DNA of 63,340 bases, counting the filler. It is 4 parts of 4 records of this genome, joined end to end, with 100 filler letters (N's around TTAATTAATTAA, not from the genome) between each part and the next. Parts side by side here need not be neighbours in the genome. Positions count along the whole stretch, not along the records: positions 31,290 to 57,422 come from SRR2962707_4784; positions 57,523 to 63,340 come from SRR2962707_4797; 2 more parts are not named here. One strand, 5' to 3'. Below, one piece after another: positions 47,035 through 57,869 of this stretch. A model generated the notes under the pieces. That model was not told the origin of the DNA. It saw nothing but the letters and a program-made list of their open reading frames with translations, and did no database searches. Each line of letters opens with the position of its first letter. Positions within the stretch are counted from its first letter, which is position 1. A program made the translations under genes and the position numbers.

Positions 47035-48216
47035 ATGAAACACACAGCGGTGATCAGCGGCGTCGGCATGGTGCCGTTCGCGAAACCCGGCGCCAGCGCG
47101 CCCTACTACCAGATGGGTGCCGAGGCGGCGCGTCAGGCCCTGGCCGATGCCGGGCTGGACTACGCCAAGGTGGAGCAAGCCTACGTGGGCTATGTCTACG
47201 GCGATTCCACCTGCGGCCAGCGAGCGCTCTACCCAATCGGCATGACCGGCATTCCCGTGGTCAACGTCAACAACAATTGTTCCACCGGCTCGACCGCCCT
47301 GTTCCTGGCACGCCAGGCGGTGGAGTCCGGCGCCGCCGACTGCGTGATCGCCCTGGGCTTCGAGCAAATGAAGCCGGGAGCGCTGGGCAGCTACTACAAC
47401 GACCGGCCGACCCCCTTCGAACCCTTTGACCGGATCTGCGAGGAGCTGGTGGGACAGCCCGAGGTGCCGCTGGCGATCCGCTATTTTGGCGGCGCGGGCA
47501 TGGCGCACATGGACAAGTACGGCACCAAGGCGGAGACCTTCGCCAAAATACGCGCCAAGGCGAGCCGGCATGCCGCGCGCAACCCGGTGGCGCTGTTCCG
47601 CAAGGAAGTGACAGTGGAGGAAGTGATGGACTCCCCGGTGTTGATCGGCCCAATGACCCGCCTGATGGCCTGCCCGCCGACCTGCGGCGCGGCGGCGGCC
47701 ATCGTCTGCTCCGAAGCCTTCGCCAGGGCCAACGCTCTCGATCACCGAGTGCGCATCCTGGCGCAGGCGATGACCACCGACACACCGAGCACGTTCGAGG
47801 CGCGCAACATGATGCAACTGGTCGGCTATGACATGACGCGCGCCGCCGCCGATCAGGTTTACGAGGCCGCTGGCATCGGTCCGGAGGAGCTCGACGCCGT
47901 GGAACTGCACGACTGCTTCGCCACCAACGAGCTGCTGACTTATGAAGCACTGCGGCTGGCGCCGGAAGGTGGCGGCGAGCAGATGGTCGAGGACGGCGAC
48001 AACACCCACGGTGGGCGCGTGGTTACCAACCCCTCGGGCGGGCTGCTTTCCAAGGGTCATCCATTGGGCGCCACCGGGTTGGCGCAATGCACCGAGCTGG
48101 TCCAACAGCTGCGAGGACAGGCCGCGGACCGCCAGGTCGAAGGCGCGCGCATTGCGCTCCAACACAATCTCGGCCTGGGCGGCGCCTGCGTGGTGACGAT
48201 GTACCAGGCCACCTGA
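47035..48216 (+). CDS. SCP-x-type thiolase (lipid-transfer protein)
   Basis: NVNNNCSTGS, ELHDCF, NPSGGLLSKGHPLGATG and QHNLGLGG motifs. Confidence 0.93.
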   Translation: MKHTAVISGVGMVPFAKPGASAPYYQMGAEAARQALADAGLDYAKVEQAYVGYVYGDSTCGQRALYPIGMTGIPVVNVNNNCSTGSTALFLARQAVESGAADCVIALGFEQMKPGALGSYYNDRPTPFEPFDRICEELVGQPEVPLAIRYFGGAGMAHMDKYGTKAETFAKIRAKASRHAARNPVALFRKEVTVEEVMDSPVLIGPMTRLMACPPTCGAAAAIVCSEAFARANALDHRVRILAQAMTTDTPSTFEARNMMQLVGYDMTRAAADQVYEAAGIGPEELDAVELHDCFATNELLTYEALRLAPEGGGEQMVEDGDNTHGGRVVTNPSGGLLSKGHPLGATGLAQCTELVQQLRGQAADRQVEGARIALQHNLGLGGACVVTMYQAT

Positions 48217-48228
48217 AGAGGACGAACT

Positions 48229-48687
48229 ATGATCGACACTAAACACATTGGGCTGCGCCTGCCGACCGTCAGCTTCGAGGTCGAGAAGGGGCGGTTACGT
48301 TTTTTCGCCAAAGCCACCGGCGAAACGCGGCCCGAGTACCTCGACGAGTCGGCGGCCCGGGCAGCCGGCTACCGCAGCCTGCCGGCACCACCAACCTTTC
48401 TGATGGGCGCCGACCTCGATGCCGGAACCATGACCACGTTGCTCGAAACGCTGAACGTGCCGATCGGACGCATCCTGCACGGCGAGCAAAGCTTCACCTA
48501 TCACGCGCCGGTATGTGCCGGCGACGTGCTCAGCGTCGAGTCAAAGATTAGCGACATCTACGGCAAGAAGAGCGGTGCGCTCGAATTCATCGTCAAGGAT
48601 TCGCTGATCAAGGACGCGACTGGCGAGACCGTGCTCGAGGCACGCAGCGTGATCGTCGTCCGCAACCCGCAGGAGAACGCAGCATGA
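48229..48687 (+). CDS. MaoC-family dehydratase N-terminal (non-catalytic hot-dog) subunit
   Basis: VEKGRLRFFAKATGE, APPTF and ILHGEQSF motifs. Confidence 0.88.
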   Translation: MIDTKHIGLRLPTVSFEVEKGRLRFFAKATGETRPEYLDESAARAAGYRSLPAPPTFLMGADLDAGTMTTLLETLNVPIGRILHGEQSFTYHAPVCAGDVLSVESKISDIYGKKSGALEFIVKDSLIKDATGETVLEARSVIVVRNPQENAA

Positions 48688-49103
48688 ACGCCCCCACTCG
48701 TGACCAGGTCAAGGTCGGCCAGGCGCTTCCGCCGCTCGAGCTTCCGCCCATCACGCGCGCAACGCTGGCACTGTTCGCCGGCGCCTCGGGTGACCACAAC
48801 CCGATCCACATTGACATCGACTTTGCCAAGGCCTATGGCATGCCGGACGTGTTCGCGCACGGCATGCTGCCGATGGCCTATTTGGGCCGCTTTCTGACCC
48901 AGTGGGCACCGCAGACCCGGCTGCGCCGGTTCTCGGTCCGCTTCGCCGCCATCACGCCAGTCGGCGCACGGCTGAGTTGCACCGGCAAGATCGTTGAAAT
49001 CACCGAGGACGGCCACGAAACACTGGCCCGGCTAGAGATCGGCGTGGTCGATAAACAGGGTGAAGTCAAGCTCGCCGGCGATGCCCTGGTGGCGCTGGCC
49101 TGA
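48684..49103 (+). CDS. MaoC-family (R)-specific enoyl-CoA hydratase subunit
   Basis: Hydratase-2 motif FAGASGDHNPIH...FAHGM. Confidence 0.92.
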   Translation: MNAPTRDQVKVGQALPPLELPPITRATLALFAGASGDHNPIHIDIDFAKAYGMPDVFAHGMLPMAYLGRFLTQWAPQTRLRRFSVRFAAITPVGARLSCTGKIVEITEDGHETLARLEIGVVDKQGEVKLAGDALVALA

Positions 49104-49141
49104 AACACGTCCTTTCCATCACCAACAAAGCAGGACTGCGT

Positions 49142-49966
49142 ATGAAACTTCAAGATAAAGTGGCCATCGTCAGCGGCTCAGGGCGCGGGATAGGCCGGGA
49201 AATCGCCCTCAAACTCGCCGCCGAAGGCGCCAGCGTGGTAGTCAACGATCTTGATGCCTCCCCGGCGGAGGAAACGGTCGCGGCGATCAAGGACGCCGGC
49301 GGCAGGGCCGTGACCTGCATCGGCAGCGTGACACAGGAGGATTTTGCCGAACGCTTTGTGAACACGGCAATCGAACAGCTGGGCGGTCTGGACATCATCG
49401 TCAACAACGCCGGCTACACCTGGGACAACGTGATTCAGAAAATGAGCGATGAGCAGTGGCAGGCGATCATGGACGTGCACGCCACGGCGCCCTTTCGCAT
49501 TCTGCGCGCGGCCTCCGAATACTTCCGCGTGCAGGCCAAGAAAGAAGCCGCCGAAGGGCGCGAGGTATTCCGAAAGGTGGTCAACATCGCCTCGATCGCC
49601 GGCACCGGCGGCAACGCTGGACAGGCCAACTATTCGGCCGCCAAGGCGGCGGTGATCGGCCTGACCAAGGCGATGTCCAAGGAATGGGGCAGGCTCAAGG
49701 TGAACGTCAACTGCGTGGCCTTCGGACTGATCAAAACGCGCCTCACAGAGGCGGAAGCAGGCTCTGATGCGAGCATCGATGTGGAGGGCCGCAAGATCAA
49801 GGTGGGCGTCAACCCCGATCTGCTCAAGACCATGGAGGCCATGGTGCCGCTCGGGCGCGCCGGCACGCCGGCCGAGGCCGCCGGGGCCGTCTATCTGTTT
49901 TGCACTCCGGAGTCGAACTACATCAGCGGTCAGACGCTGCTCTGTGGCGGCGGGTTCTCAATGTGA
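49142..49966 (+). CDS. SDR, 3-oxoacyl reductase / (R)-3-hydroxyacyl-CoA dehydrogenase type
   Basis: SGSGRGIG, VNDLD, NNAG and GQANYSAAK motifs. Confidence 0.92.
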   Translation: MKLQDKVAIVSGSGRGIGREIALKLAAEGASVVVNDLDASPAEETVAAIKDAGGRAVTCIGSVTQEDFAERFVNTAIEQLGGLDIIVNNAGYTWDNVIQKMSDEQWQAIMDVHATAPFRILRAASEYFRVQAKKEAAEGREVFRKVVNIASIAGTGGNAGQANYSAAKAAVIGLTKAMSKEWGRLKVNVNCVAFGLIKTRLTEAEAGSDASIDVEGRKIKVGVNPDLLKTMEAMVPLGRAGTPAEAAGAVYLFCTPESNYISGQTLLCGGGFSM

Positions 49967-49970
49967 GGCC

Positions 49971-51131
<1,161 letters not shown>

Positions 51132-51334
51132 ATGCGATTCACGTCACCGGGCTTCCGTCAGCCGGATGGCGATATCGCCAGTCCCCGGGGCCGCCGCCGC
51201 TGGCGTTGACCCCACCTCGCGATAGATGCGCCCGTGGTTGACGTTCTCCATGATCAGCCGGTAACCGGCCGGATCCTATACAAGATTGACAGGTCGGTAA
51301 CAGCCAGAGCGCGCAAGGCATTTCCAACAGCCCG

Positions 51335-53119
51335 CTAACCGTGCCGGGCGACACCTTTCCAGTATTTCTCCTCAAGCTGCTTTTTCGGCAGCTTGCCGGC
51401 CAAGTTGCGGGGCAGCTCGCCAAAGTCCACGATCTTCGGCAGCTTGAAACCGTACAACCCCTCCGTCTTGCAGTGCTCGATGATCTCCTTGCGAGTGGCC
51501 TGCTGGTGCTCTTTGAGCTCAATTACCGCCGCCGGCACCTCGCCCAGGTCCTTGTCCGGCGCCCGCACCACGGCAACGTCAAGAACCGCCGGATGCCGCT
51601 TGATAACCGTCTCGATCTCATTGGGGAAAAGATTCACCCCGCCGGAGATGATCATTTCCTTGATCCGTGAAGTCAGGTACAGAAAACCATCCTCGTCCAC
51701 ATAACCAATCAGACCATCGTCGTACCAGAGCTTGCCCTCGACCCCGATGTAATTCTCCTTCATCTTCTCTTCGCTGAGGCCGACATAGTTCAGCGCAAGG
51801 GCCATCGGGGAGCGCACGAGCACCTTCCCTTCCTTGCCGGGTGGGGTCCAGGTGCCGGTCTCCTCGTCATAGATCCGGCATTCCGCCGCCCGCAGCTTGC
51901 CAACGCTGTCGTAGCGCTTCGGGTTCTTCTGGTAGTCCTCGCTGGCGAGAACGCTGATCAGGCCGCTCTCCGAAGCGCCGTAGTATTCATGGAAGACATC
52001 ATCCGACGCTCCCTGGCGGCGGAACAGTGCGTTGATCTCGCGCTTGACCTTGGGCGGACAAGGCGCCGCCGCGCAAATGATTACCCGCATGCTGGAAAGG
52101 TCGTATTGGGACTTCAGAGCCTCGGGCAGTGCCAGGATGCGCTCGAGCATGGTCGGGGCGACGAAGGTCCAGTTGATACGCTCGTCCTGAATAAGTTTAA
52201 GCATGAGCTCGGGATCGAACTTGCTCATGGGCACCGCAGTGCCGCCGAGAAAGAACGGCAACACCGCGATCTGTACCCCGGCATGATACAGCGGCCCCGG
52301 AATCAGCGTGCGGATGTTGTTGCTGATCGGATCCCGGATCTTGCCGATCTTGTAGAAATGAAAGGCCGATATCTGCATCAACCCCAACCGGGTCACCTCC
52401 TCCTTGGAGGCGCCCCGCCGCGCCTCGGCCGAATCCGATGTCAGCCGGTCCCGGTCGATGTTGATGTATTTCGGCGTCCCTGTGGTACCGCCGCTGTAGG
52501 TCTTTGGGGCCATGCCCAGCTTGCCGCTTGGGAGTATGGACCGGCTGTCCCGGATCAGTGACTCGTAGGCGATCATACCCTCGGGCAACTCGTCAGCATC
52601 AACCACGATGAAGTGTTCGACGGTGGTCAACTGATCACGAACCGACTGTACCGCTTCCACAAAGGCGCCCCCCAATACCAGAGCCTTTGGCGAGGCCTTG
52701 TTGATACATTCCGCCAACTCCTTGGGCTGGAGATGCCAATTGAGCATCGGCATGGGATTGTCCCTGAGCGTACAAGCCAGCATCAATTCGAACCATGGCG
52801 CGCCGTTGTGCATCACCTCGGCCACCGCCTCGCCTTCGCCGATACCCAGCCGGTGCAGGCCATTGGCCAGGCGGAGAACTCGATCCCTGAATTGACCGAA
52901 GGTGACCCGACGATCACCGTCGACAATCGCCTCACGATCTCCCCAATGCTCCCATAGAGCAAGCAAGAATTGCCGCGGAAGCTCCTGTCGCTTAAGCCGG
53001 CTACGCCACGCGGCCCGGACGCCACCAATCGCCAACGCGCCCCAACCAAACTGGCCTAAAATCTCCCTGAGGGCCGCACGGGCCTCGGGCATTGCTTTCA
53101 GCTGGGCTATAGCGGACAT
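51335..53119 (-). CDS. Acyl-CoA synthetase (AMP-binding) with N-terminal extension
   Basis: YSGGTTGTPK, PLYH, YYGASE, KEMIISGGVN and PRNLAGK motifs. Confidence 0.9.
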   Translation of the reverse strand: MSAIAQLKAMPEARAALREILGQFGWGALAIGGVRAAWRSRLKRQELPRQFLLALWEHWGDREAIVDGDRRVTFGQFRDRVLRLANGLHRLGIGEGEAVAEVMHNGAPWFELMLACTLRDNPMPMLNWHLQPKELAECINKASPKALVLGGAFVEAVQSVRDQLTTVEHFIVVDADELPEGMIAYESLIRDSRSILPSGKLGMAPKTYSGGTTGTPKYINIDRDRLTSDSAEARRGASKEEVTRLGLMQISAFHFYKIGKIRDPISNNIRTLIPGPLYHAGVQIAVLPFFLGGTAVPMSKFDPELMLKLIQDERINWTFVAPTMLERILALPEALKSQYDLSSMRVIICAAAPCPPKVKREINALFRRQGASDDVFHEYYGASESGLISVLASEDYQKNPKRYDSVGKLRAAECRIYDEETGTWTPPGKEGKVLVRSPMALALNYVGLSEEKMKENYIGVEGKLWYDDGLIGYVDEDGFLYLTSRIKEMIISGGVNLFPNEIETVIKRHPAVLDVAVVRAPDKDLGEVPAAVIELKEHQQATRKEIIEHCKTEGLYGFKLPKIVDFGELPRNLAGKLPKKQLEEKYWKGVARHG

Positions 53120-53370
53120 TTCGAAGATCTCCTGACTGGTGTTATGTTGTTATGGCAGGCGCGAGACGGGGTTGGTAACCCGCCCGTTTCCGTGGTTTCC
53201 ACCGAACCGGACGCGCGCGAAGCTGGACCGCAACCCGTTCAAACTCGTCGACGATTCCGGTGTTGTCGAAACGCTTAAAAGTTCCTCCGACAGGATGCGC
53301 AGTTGCAATTAGGCCAGCCGGCTGTCTATGCAACGGTGGAAGTTTCAGCAGCACCATTTGTTCCCGACCA

Positions 53371-53431
53371 TGGTTGTGTGACAGCAGCCTAGCGAGGTCA
53401 TTTTTTGACAATACGGGGTCATTTGGAGACA
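53371..53431 (-). promoter_or_regulatory. Candidate AraC-activated promoter (copy 2) upstream of the 51335-53119 acyl-CoA synthetase
   Basis: GGTCATTTTTTGACA (53396) and GGTCATTTGGAGACA (53417) 21 bp apart; TGGTTGT at 53371; same spacing and orientation as 37613-37673. Confidence 0.72.
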
Positions 53432-53459
53432 CCCAATGAGAGGCATGACGGCGAACCGG

Positions 53460-55079
53460 CTACAGGGCTCGCAATTCCTTCTTCAGAATCTTGCCCACCG
53501 GATTGCGGGGAATGGCGTTGATCAGTTTCATCTTTTCCGGCAGCTTGTAGACACTCATGCCCTGCTCCCTCAAGTAGTCGTTGATTTCCTCCAGGATCGG
53601 TGGGTTATCCTCGTCAACAGGCACCACGCAAATACAGATCCGCTCGCCCATGATCTCGTCCGGTTGGGGTATGACCGCGACGTCCCGTACCTTGCCGAAG
53701 CCCAGCACCGCGTTCTCCACCTCCACACTGGAGATATTGTAACCACCCCGAATCACGATGTCCTTCTTGCGGTCATAGAACCCTAGGTGCCTGTCATCCC
53801 GCACGATGAAAAGGTCGCCGGTGCGGAAAAAGCCGTCATAAGTGAACGAAGCCGCGGTAATATCCGGGCGCTGAAAGTAGCCCGCGAACACACCCGGGCT
53901 GCGATAGCAAAGCTCGCCGATGCCACCTGGTTCGGTTATCTCCTCATCCTCATCGCCGAGAATTTTCAGCTCGACCCCGCTGACGCCGGAAGGCCATTGG
54001 ACTCCTGCCTTGCCCCACCAGGGCAGGTGATCCACCCGCATCTCCAGGTCCGGCACATCGGCCGGGCCGGCTACCAGACTGGTGCCCTCGTTCTGGCCCC
54101 AGATGTTGACGATCTCGATGCCCCAGCGGCGCTTGAACTCCTGCATCGACCAGGCCGAGGGGGGCGCCGAACCGGTGGTGATGGTCCGCACGCTGGAGAG
54201 ATCCAGCTGGTCCACGTTGGGCAACTTGACAATCATGTTCAGCATTGCCGGTACCAGAATCGTGTACTCGATGTGCTCCTCGGTCAGCTGGCGCAACAGG
54301 ATTTCCGGCGTAATCGGATGATGCAGCACCAGGGTGCCCCCCGCCGCCAGCCAGGGGAGGTAGTTCACCCCTACCGCCGTCATGTTCACCAGCGGTGCCA
54401 CACACAGAATGCGGTCACCCTCGCGCAGGCCACAGGTGGTGAACACCAGGTTGGTCATGTACTCCCAGTTGTTGTGGCTCATGGGGCAGCCCTTGGGGTT
54501 TGACTCAGTGCCCGAAGTCCAGCACAGGGTGAAGATGTCATTGGCATCCACCGGCACCTCCGGGACCCGGCCCGGATCTCCATGGGCGATATCGGTCAGC
54601 GCCGCCAGACCAATGTAGTGCTCGAAGCCCAGCTCCTGCCCCAGGGCCCGGTAATCAAAGCCGTGGAAGCTTTCCACCGAGGCGTAGAATCTGGCGCCGG
54701 TGATCTCTTTCACATAGCCCACATCCTTGCTTCGCCATTGCAGGGGCAACGCGGAAAGCAGACCGCCGGCCTTGGCCGCCGCCAGATAGAGCATGGCCAG
54801 CTCCCAGATGTTCGGCAACTGCGCCACCAGTAGGTCGTCCTTGCCGAAGCCCCGGCGTGCCAGCTCGGCGGCGGTGGCGTCCACGGCCCGACCAAACTCG
54901 GCCCAGCTGAGCCGCTGGGGCGGTGTGCCGACCAGCTCGTCACGATTGGGGGGATCCACCACCGCTTCCCGGTCCGGGTAGGCGGCACGATTGGCGGCAA
55001 AGCGATCCAGCAGGGTTCTGTCACCCCAGTAGCCTTTATCGGAGTATTCCTCGATCAGTTCAGGTTCGTGTAAGATCAT
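53460..55079 (-). CDS. Class I adenylate-forming enzyme (acyl/aryl-CoA ligase)
   Basis: WTSGTESNPKG, WGQNE, FFRTGD, RKKDIVIRGG and PRNPVGK motifs. Confidence 0.9.
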   Translation of the reverse strand: MILHEPELIEEYSDKGYWGDRTLLDRFAANRAAYPDREAVVDPPNRDELVGTPPQRLSWAEFGRAVDATAAELARRGFGKDDLLVAQLPNIWELAMLYLAAAKAGGLLSALPLQWRSKDVGYVKEITGARFYASVESFHGFDYRALGQELGFEHYIGLAALTDIAHGDPGRVPEVPVDANDIFTLCWTSGTESNPKGCPMSHNNWEYMTNLVFTTCGLREGDRILCVAPLVNMTAVGVNYLPWLAAGGTLVLHHPITPEILLRQLTEEHIEYTILVPAMLNMIVKLPNVDQLDLSSVRTITTGSAPPSAWSMQEFKRRWGIEIVNIWGQNEGTSLVAGPADVPDLEMRVDHLPWWGKAGVQWPSGVSGVELKILGDEDEEITEPGGIGELCYRSPGVFAGYFQRPDITAASFTYDGFFRTGDLFIVRDDRHLGFYDRKKDIVIRGGYNISSVEVENAVLGFGKVRDVAVIPQPDEIMGERICICVVPVDEDNPPILEEINDYLREQGMSVYKLPEKMKLINAIPRNPVGKILKKELRAL

Positions 55080-55195
55080 TTACCCTATTCCTCCAAGCTT
55101 ATTGGCCCCAACCGAGTCCGCGCTCGCTCGCCTTGTGGTTCATGGACGGCATCCGCGAGCGGCGGGTCGGGTCTCGCCGGCGCTCACCGCCGACT

Positions 55196-56239
55196 CTACG
55201 GGCTTGCCGCCTCCTCCAGCGCCTGCACCGCGCGTTGCTCGGATGACGGGAGTTGTTCGGCATGGGCGACGAGCGCCCGCCAGTCAAGCTGATCGGCGGC
55301 GGCATATGTAGCAAGACGGCTCCAGGCGTTGGCGCAGTCGAGCAGGACGTCGGCGGCACGGGCAAAGGATCGATCGCCCGTGAGGCGGGCAACCTCGGCG
55401 CAGAATTCCGCTTCGAGGCGGCGGAACAAGCCACCGCCTGTGCCGGCTTTCTCGACGAAGACCGGTAAGACCCTTAGCGATGCGTTAAGCTGGTCATCAG
55501 TCAGGCTATCTCCCCAGGTGGCCAGATCGTCGACGAAGATATTGACGCCCTTCAGGCCGGAGGCGACCACACCATCGGCGGGCAGGTCCGCCGGATCGAA
55601 CAGCGTCGCATCCGTGCCGCGCATATTGCGCGCCGCGCTTGCCGCTGCATCGCGCGCCACCGGCAGTAGCTCAGGCAGCCGATCAGGAAAGCGTATCGGG
55701 TAAGTCGCGTGGCGATTGGGATTGGGAAAGCCATGGGAGGCACGAGCTCGCGCCAGAGCTTTTAGGGGGACTTCCTGCACCTCCTCGCGATCGTTGTCCA
55801 CCACCCGGGCGACGCCGCGCCTCTCGTCGTAGCCGATGACGACGATGTCATGACGGGTGTTGGATAAACGTACCCTGAGATACGGCAGCTCGGCGATGTC
55901 AGCCCAGATCATCACGGGACGGCCGGCGTCGATTTCGTCGGCGACCCAGCGCCAACCCTCGTCGGGATCGTCGGTTTGGCGACGCTCGGTTTCAATGCCG
56001 AGGCGGTGGCAGAAGTCGAGCTCCATGTCACCGTTGCGCCCTACCAGGTAGATGGGAGGCGTGAGCTCGGATACTCTCATATACATAAAGGACAGCCCGC
56101 CGCCGAGGCCGAACACGAGCCCCTCGCCCGGCGGCCCGTCCCAGCCAAGCCCGGCCCATTCCAACAGGTCGCGCAGTGCGCCCGAGCCGCAGTGCCCACC
56201 CATCCGGTGGGGATAGTTGGAGATTTGCACGCTTTTCAT
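55196..56239 (-). CDS. BtrH N-terminal / DUF4872 domain protein (papain-like fold)
   Basis: GGHCGSGALRDLL, LVFGLGGGL, IDAGRPV, LPYL, HDIVVIGYD and GTGGGLFR motifs; start MKSVQ. Confidence 0.78.
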   Translation of the reverse strand: MKSVQISNYPHRMGGHCGSGALRDLLEWAGLGWDGPPGEGLVFGLGGGLSFMYMRVSELTPPIYLVGRNGDMELDFCHRLGIETERRQTDDPDEGWRWVADEIDAGRPVMIWADIAELPYLRVRLSNTRHDIVVIGYDERRGVARVVDNDREEVQEVPLKALARARASHGFPNPNRHATYPIRFPDRLPELLPVARDAAASAARNMRGTDATLFDPADLPADGVVASGLKGVNIFVDDLATWGDSLTDDQLNASLRVLPVFVEKAGTGGGLFRRLEAEFCAEVARLTGDRSFARAADVLLDCANAWSRLATYAAADQLDWRALVAHAEQLPSSEQRAVQALEEAASP

Positions 56240-56332
56240 TCCACTACTCCAGCTGTGTTCAAAGACCTGAGCCAACGCCGGTTGGCGTACCGCGAGCTCA
56301 CTCCGCCGACGAGGCGCGGATCGAGGCCTTTT

Positions 56333-57422
56333 TTAACCACCAACCTCTGGCAACGAATAGTCCTTGAACTGCTCGCGCAATTTGGCCTTCTGTAGCTTGC
56401 CGGTCGCCCCGTGCGGCAGTTCGTCGACGAATACCACGTCATCCGGCAGCCACCATTTCGCGACCCGCTGGCTCAGATAGTCGATCACGCCCTGCTTGCC
56501 GAGCTGGCTGTCCGGCTCGCGCACCACCACCAGAAGCGGCCGCTCGTCCCATTTCGGATGATGCACCGCTATGACCGCTGCCTCGGCGATCTCGGGATGC
56601 CCCACCGCTTCGTTCTCAAGATCGATGGAACTGATCCACTCGCCTCCGGACTTGATCACGTCCTTGGTGCGGTCGACGATCTCCATGTAGCCTTCGGGAT
56701 CGATCTTGGAAACATCGCCGGTGCGGAACCAGCCCTCGCTGTCGAAGGCCTTGGCGCTGGCTTCAGGGTTTTCGTAGTAGCCGCTGATGATCGCCGGGCC
56801 GCGCACCAGCAGCTCACCGAAGGACTTGCCGTCCCGCGGCAGCGCTTGACCGTCGTCGTTGACGATCTTCATCTCCACCCCGAACACCGCACGCCCCTGC
56901 TTGGCCTTGATGTCGAACTGCCGATCAAGCGGCAAATCGGCGTCCTTGGGACGGATCATCGAAACCGTGCCGATCGGACTCATCTCGGTCATGCCCCAGC
57001 CCTGCAAGCCTTCGACGCCGTACTTCTCCTGGAATTCGCGCATCATCGCCCGTGGCGCGGCCGAGCCGCCGATAAGAACACGCTTGAGCGAGGTGAACTT
57101 CTGCTCGGTCTTACGCATATGACCAAGAAGCCCGAGCCACACGGTGGGCACACCCCAGGCCTCGGTGACGCCCTCGTTATTGATCAGCTCGGCCAGGCTC
57201 TCGCCATCGAGCTTCGGCCCCGGGAAGACGATCTTCGCGCCCACCATTGGCGCGAAGTAGGGGACGCCCCAGGCGTTAACGTGGAACATCGGCACCACCG
57301 GCAGCACGGCACTCTCCTCGCCCAGATTCATTCCGGGGATGGTCAACACCGAGAAGGCGTGCAGCAGCGTCGAGCGGTGCGAGTACAACACCCCCTTGGG
57401 ATTGCCGGTGGTGCCGGAGGTA
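56333..57422 (-). CDS. Medium/long-chain fatty acid-CoA ligase (AlkK/DmdB-like), 5' truncated by contig edge
   Basis: [49 protein letters not shown] and HPKWDERP motifs. Confidence 0.92.
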
Positions 57423-57522
57423 NNNNNNNNNNNNNNNNNNNNNNNNNNNNNNNNNNNNNNNNNNNNTTAATTAATTAANNNNNNNNNNNNNNNNNNNNNN
57501 NNNNNNNNNNNNNNNNNNNNNN
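57423..57522. other. Artificial contig-joining spacer
   Basis: 44 N + TTAATTAATTAA + 44 N. Confidence 0.98.
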
Positions 57523-57732
57523 GCTTTTTTCGCGTTCGCGTGAATTGACATTGTGCAGCACAAGAATATCAAGCACGGACACATCGGGCATCCCGGCGGC
57601 CCGCATGCAACGTACCATCCAACGGTTAAACGCATTCCCCGACAAGATCAGGGCAAATTCAAGCTCGGACAGTTCGGCAGCGCGTTCCGAGACAAGATGT
57701 GACGATGAGACAATGCGCGGTTTATCAGCCAT
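57523..57732 (-). CDS. Winged-helix (MarR-like) DNA-binding protein, 3' truncated
   Basis: IVSSSHL...LSELEFALI...NAFNRWMVRCM...LDILVLH N-terminus of a known proteobacterial MarR-like family. Confidence 0.72.
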
Positions 57733-57869
57733 CCGACGTTCCTGCTTTCAATTCTTTAGCTCTGTTGCGGTCGATTTCAAATGAAATCATCGCAAGTTTG
57801 TCGGGATTTTATCGCAATAAAGGCGACAAGGTAAAGCCCCTGCCGCCTATTATTCTCGACGAATCATCG

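Noticed and set aside
47014-48246. 410-aa minus-strand ORF
   Set aside because: Antisense shadow of the SCP-x thiolase.
53142-53432. 96-aa minus-strand ORF between two ligases
   Set aside because: Starts inside the conserved operator boxes, and has no clear RBS or recognisable motif.
56411-57478. 355-aa plus-strand ORF
   Set aside because: Antisense to the fatty acid-CoA ligase and runs into the N spacer.
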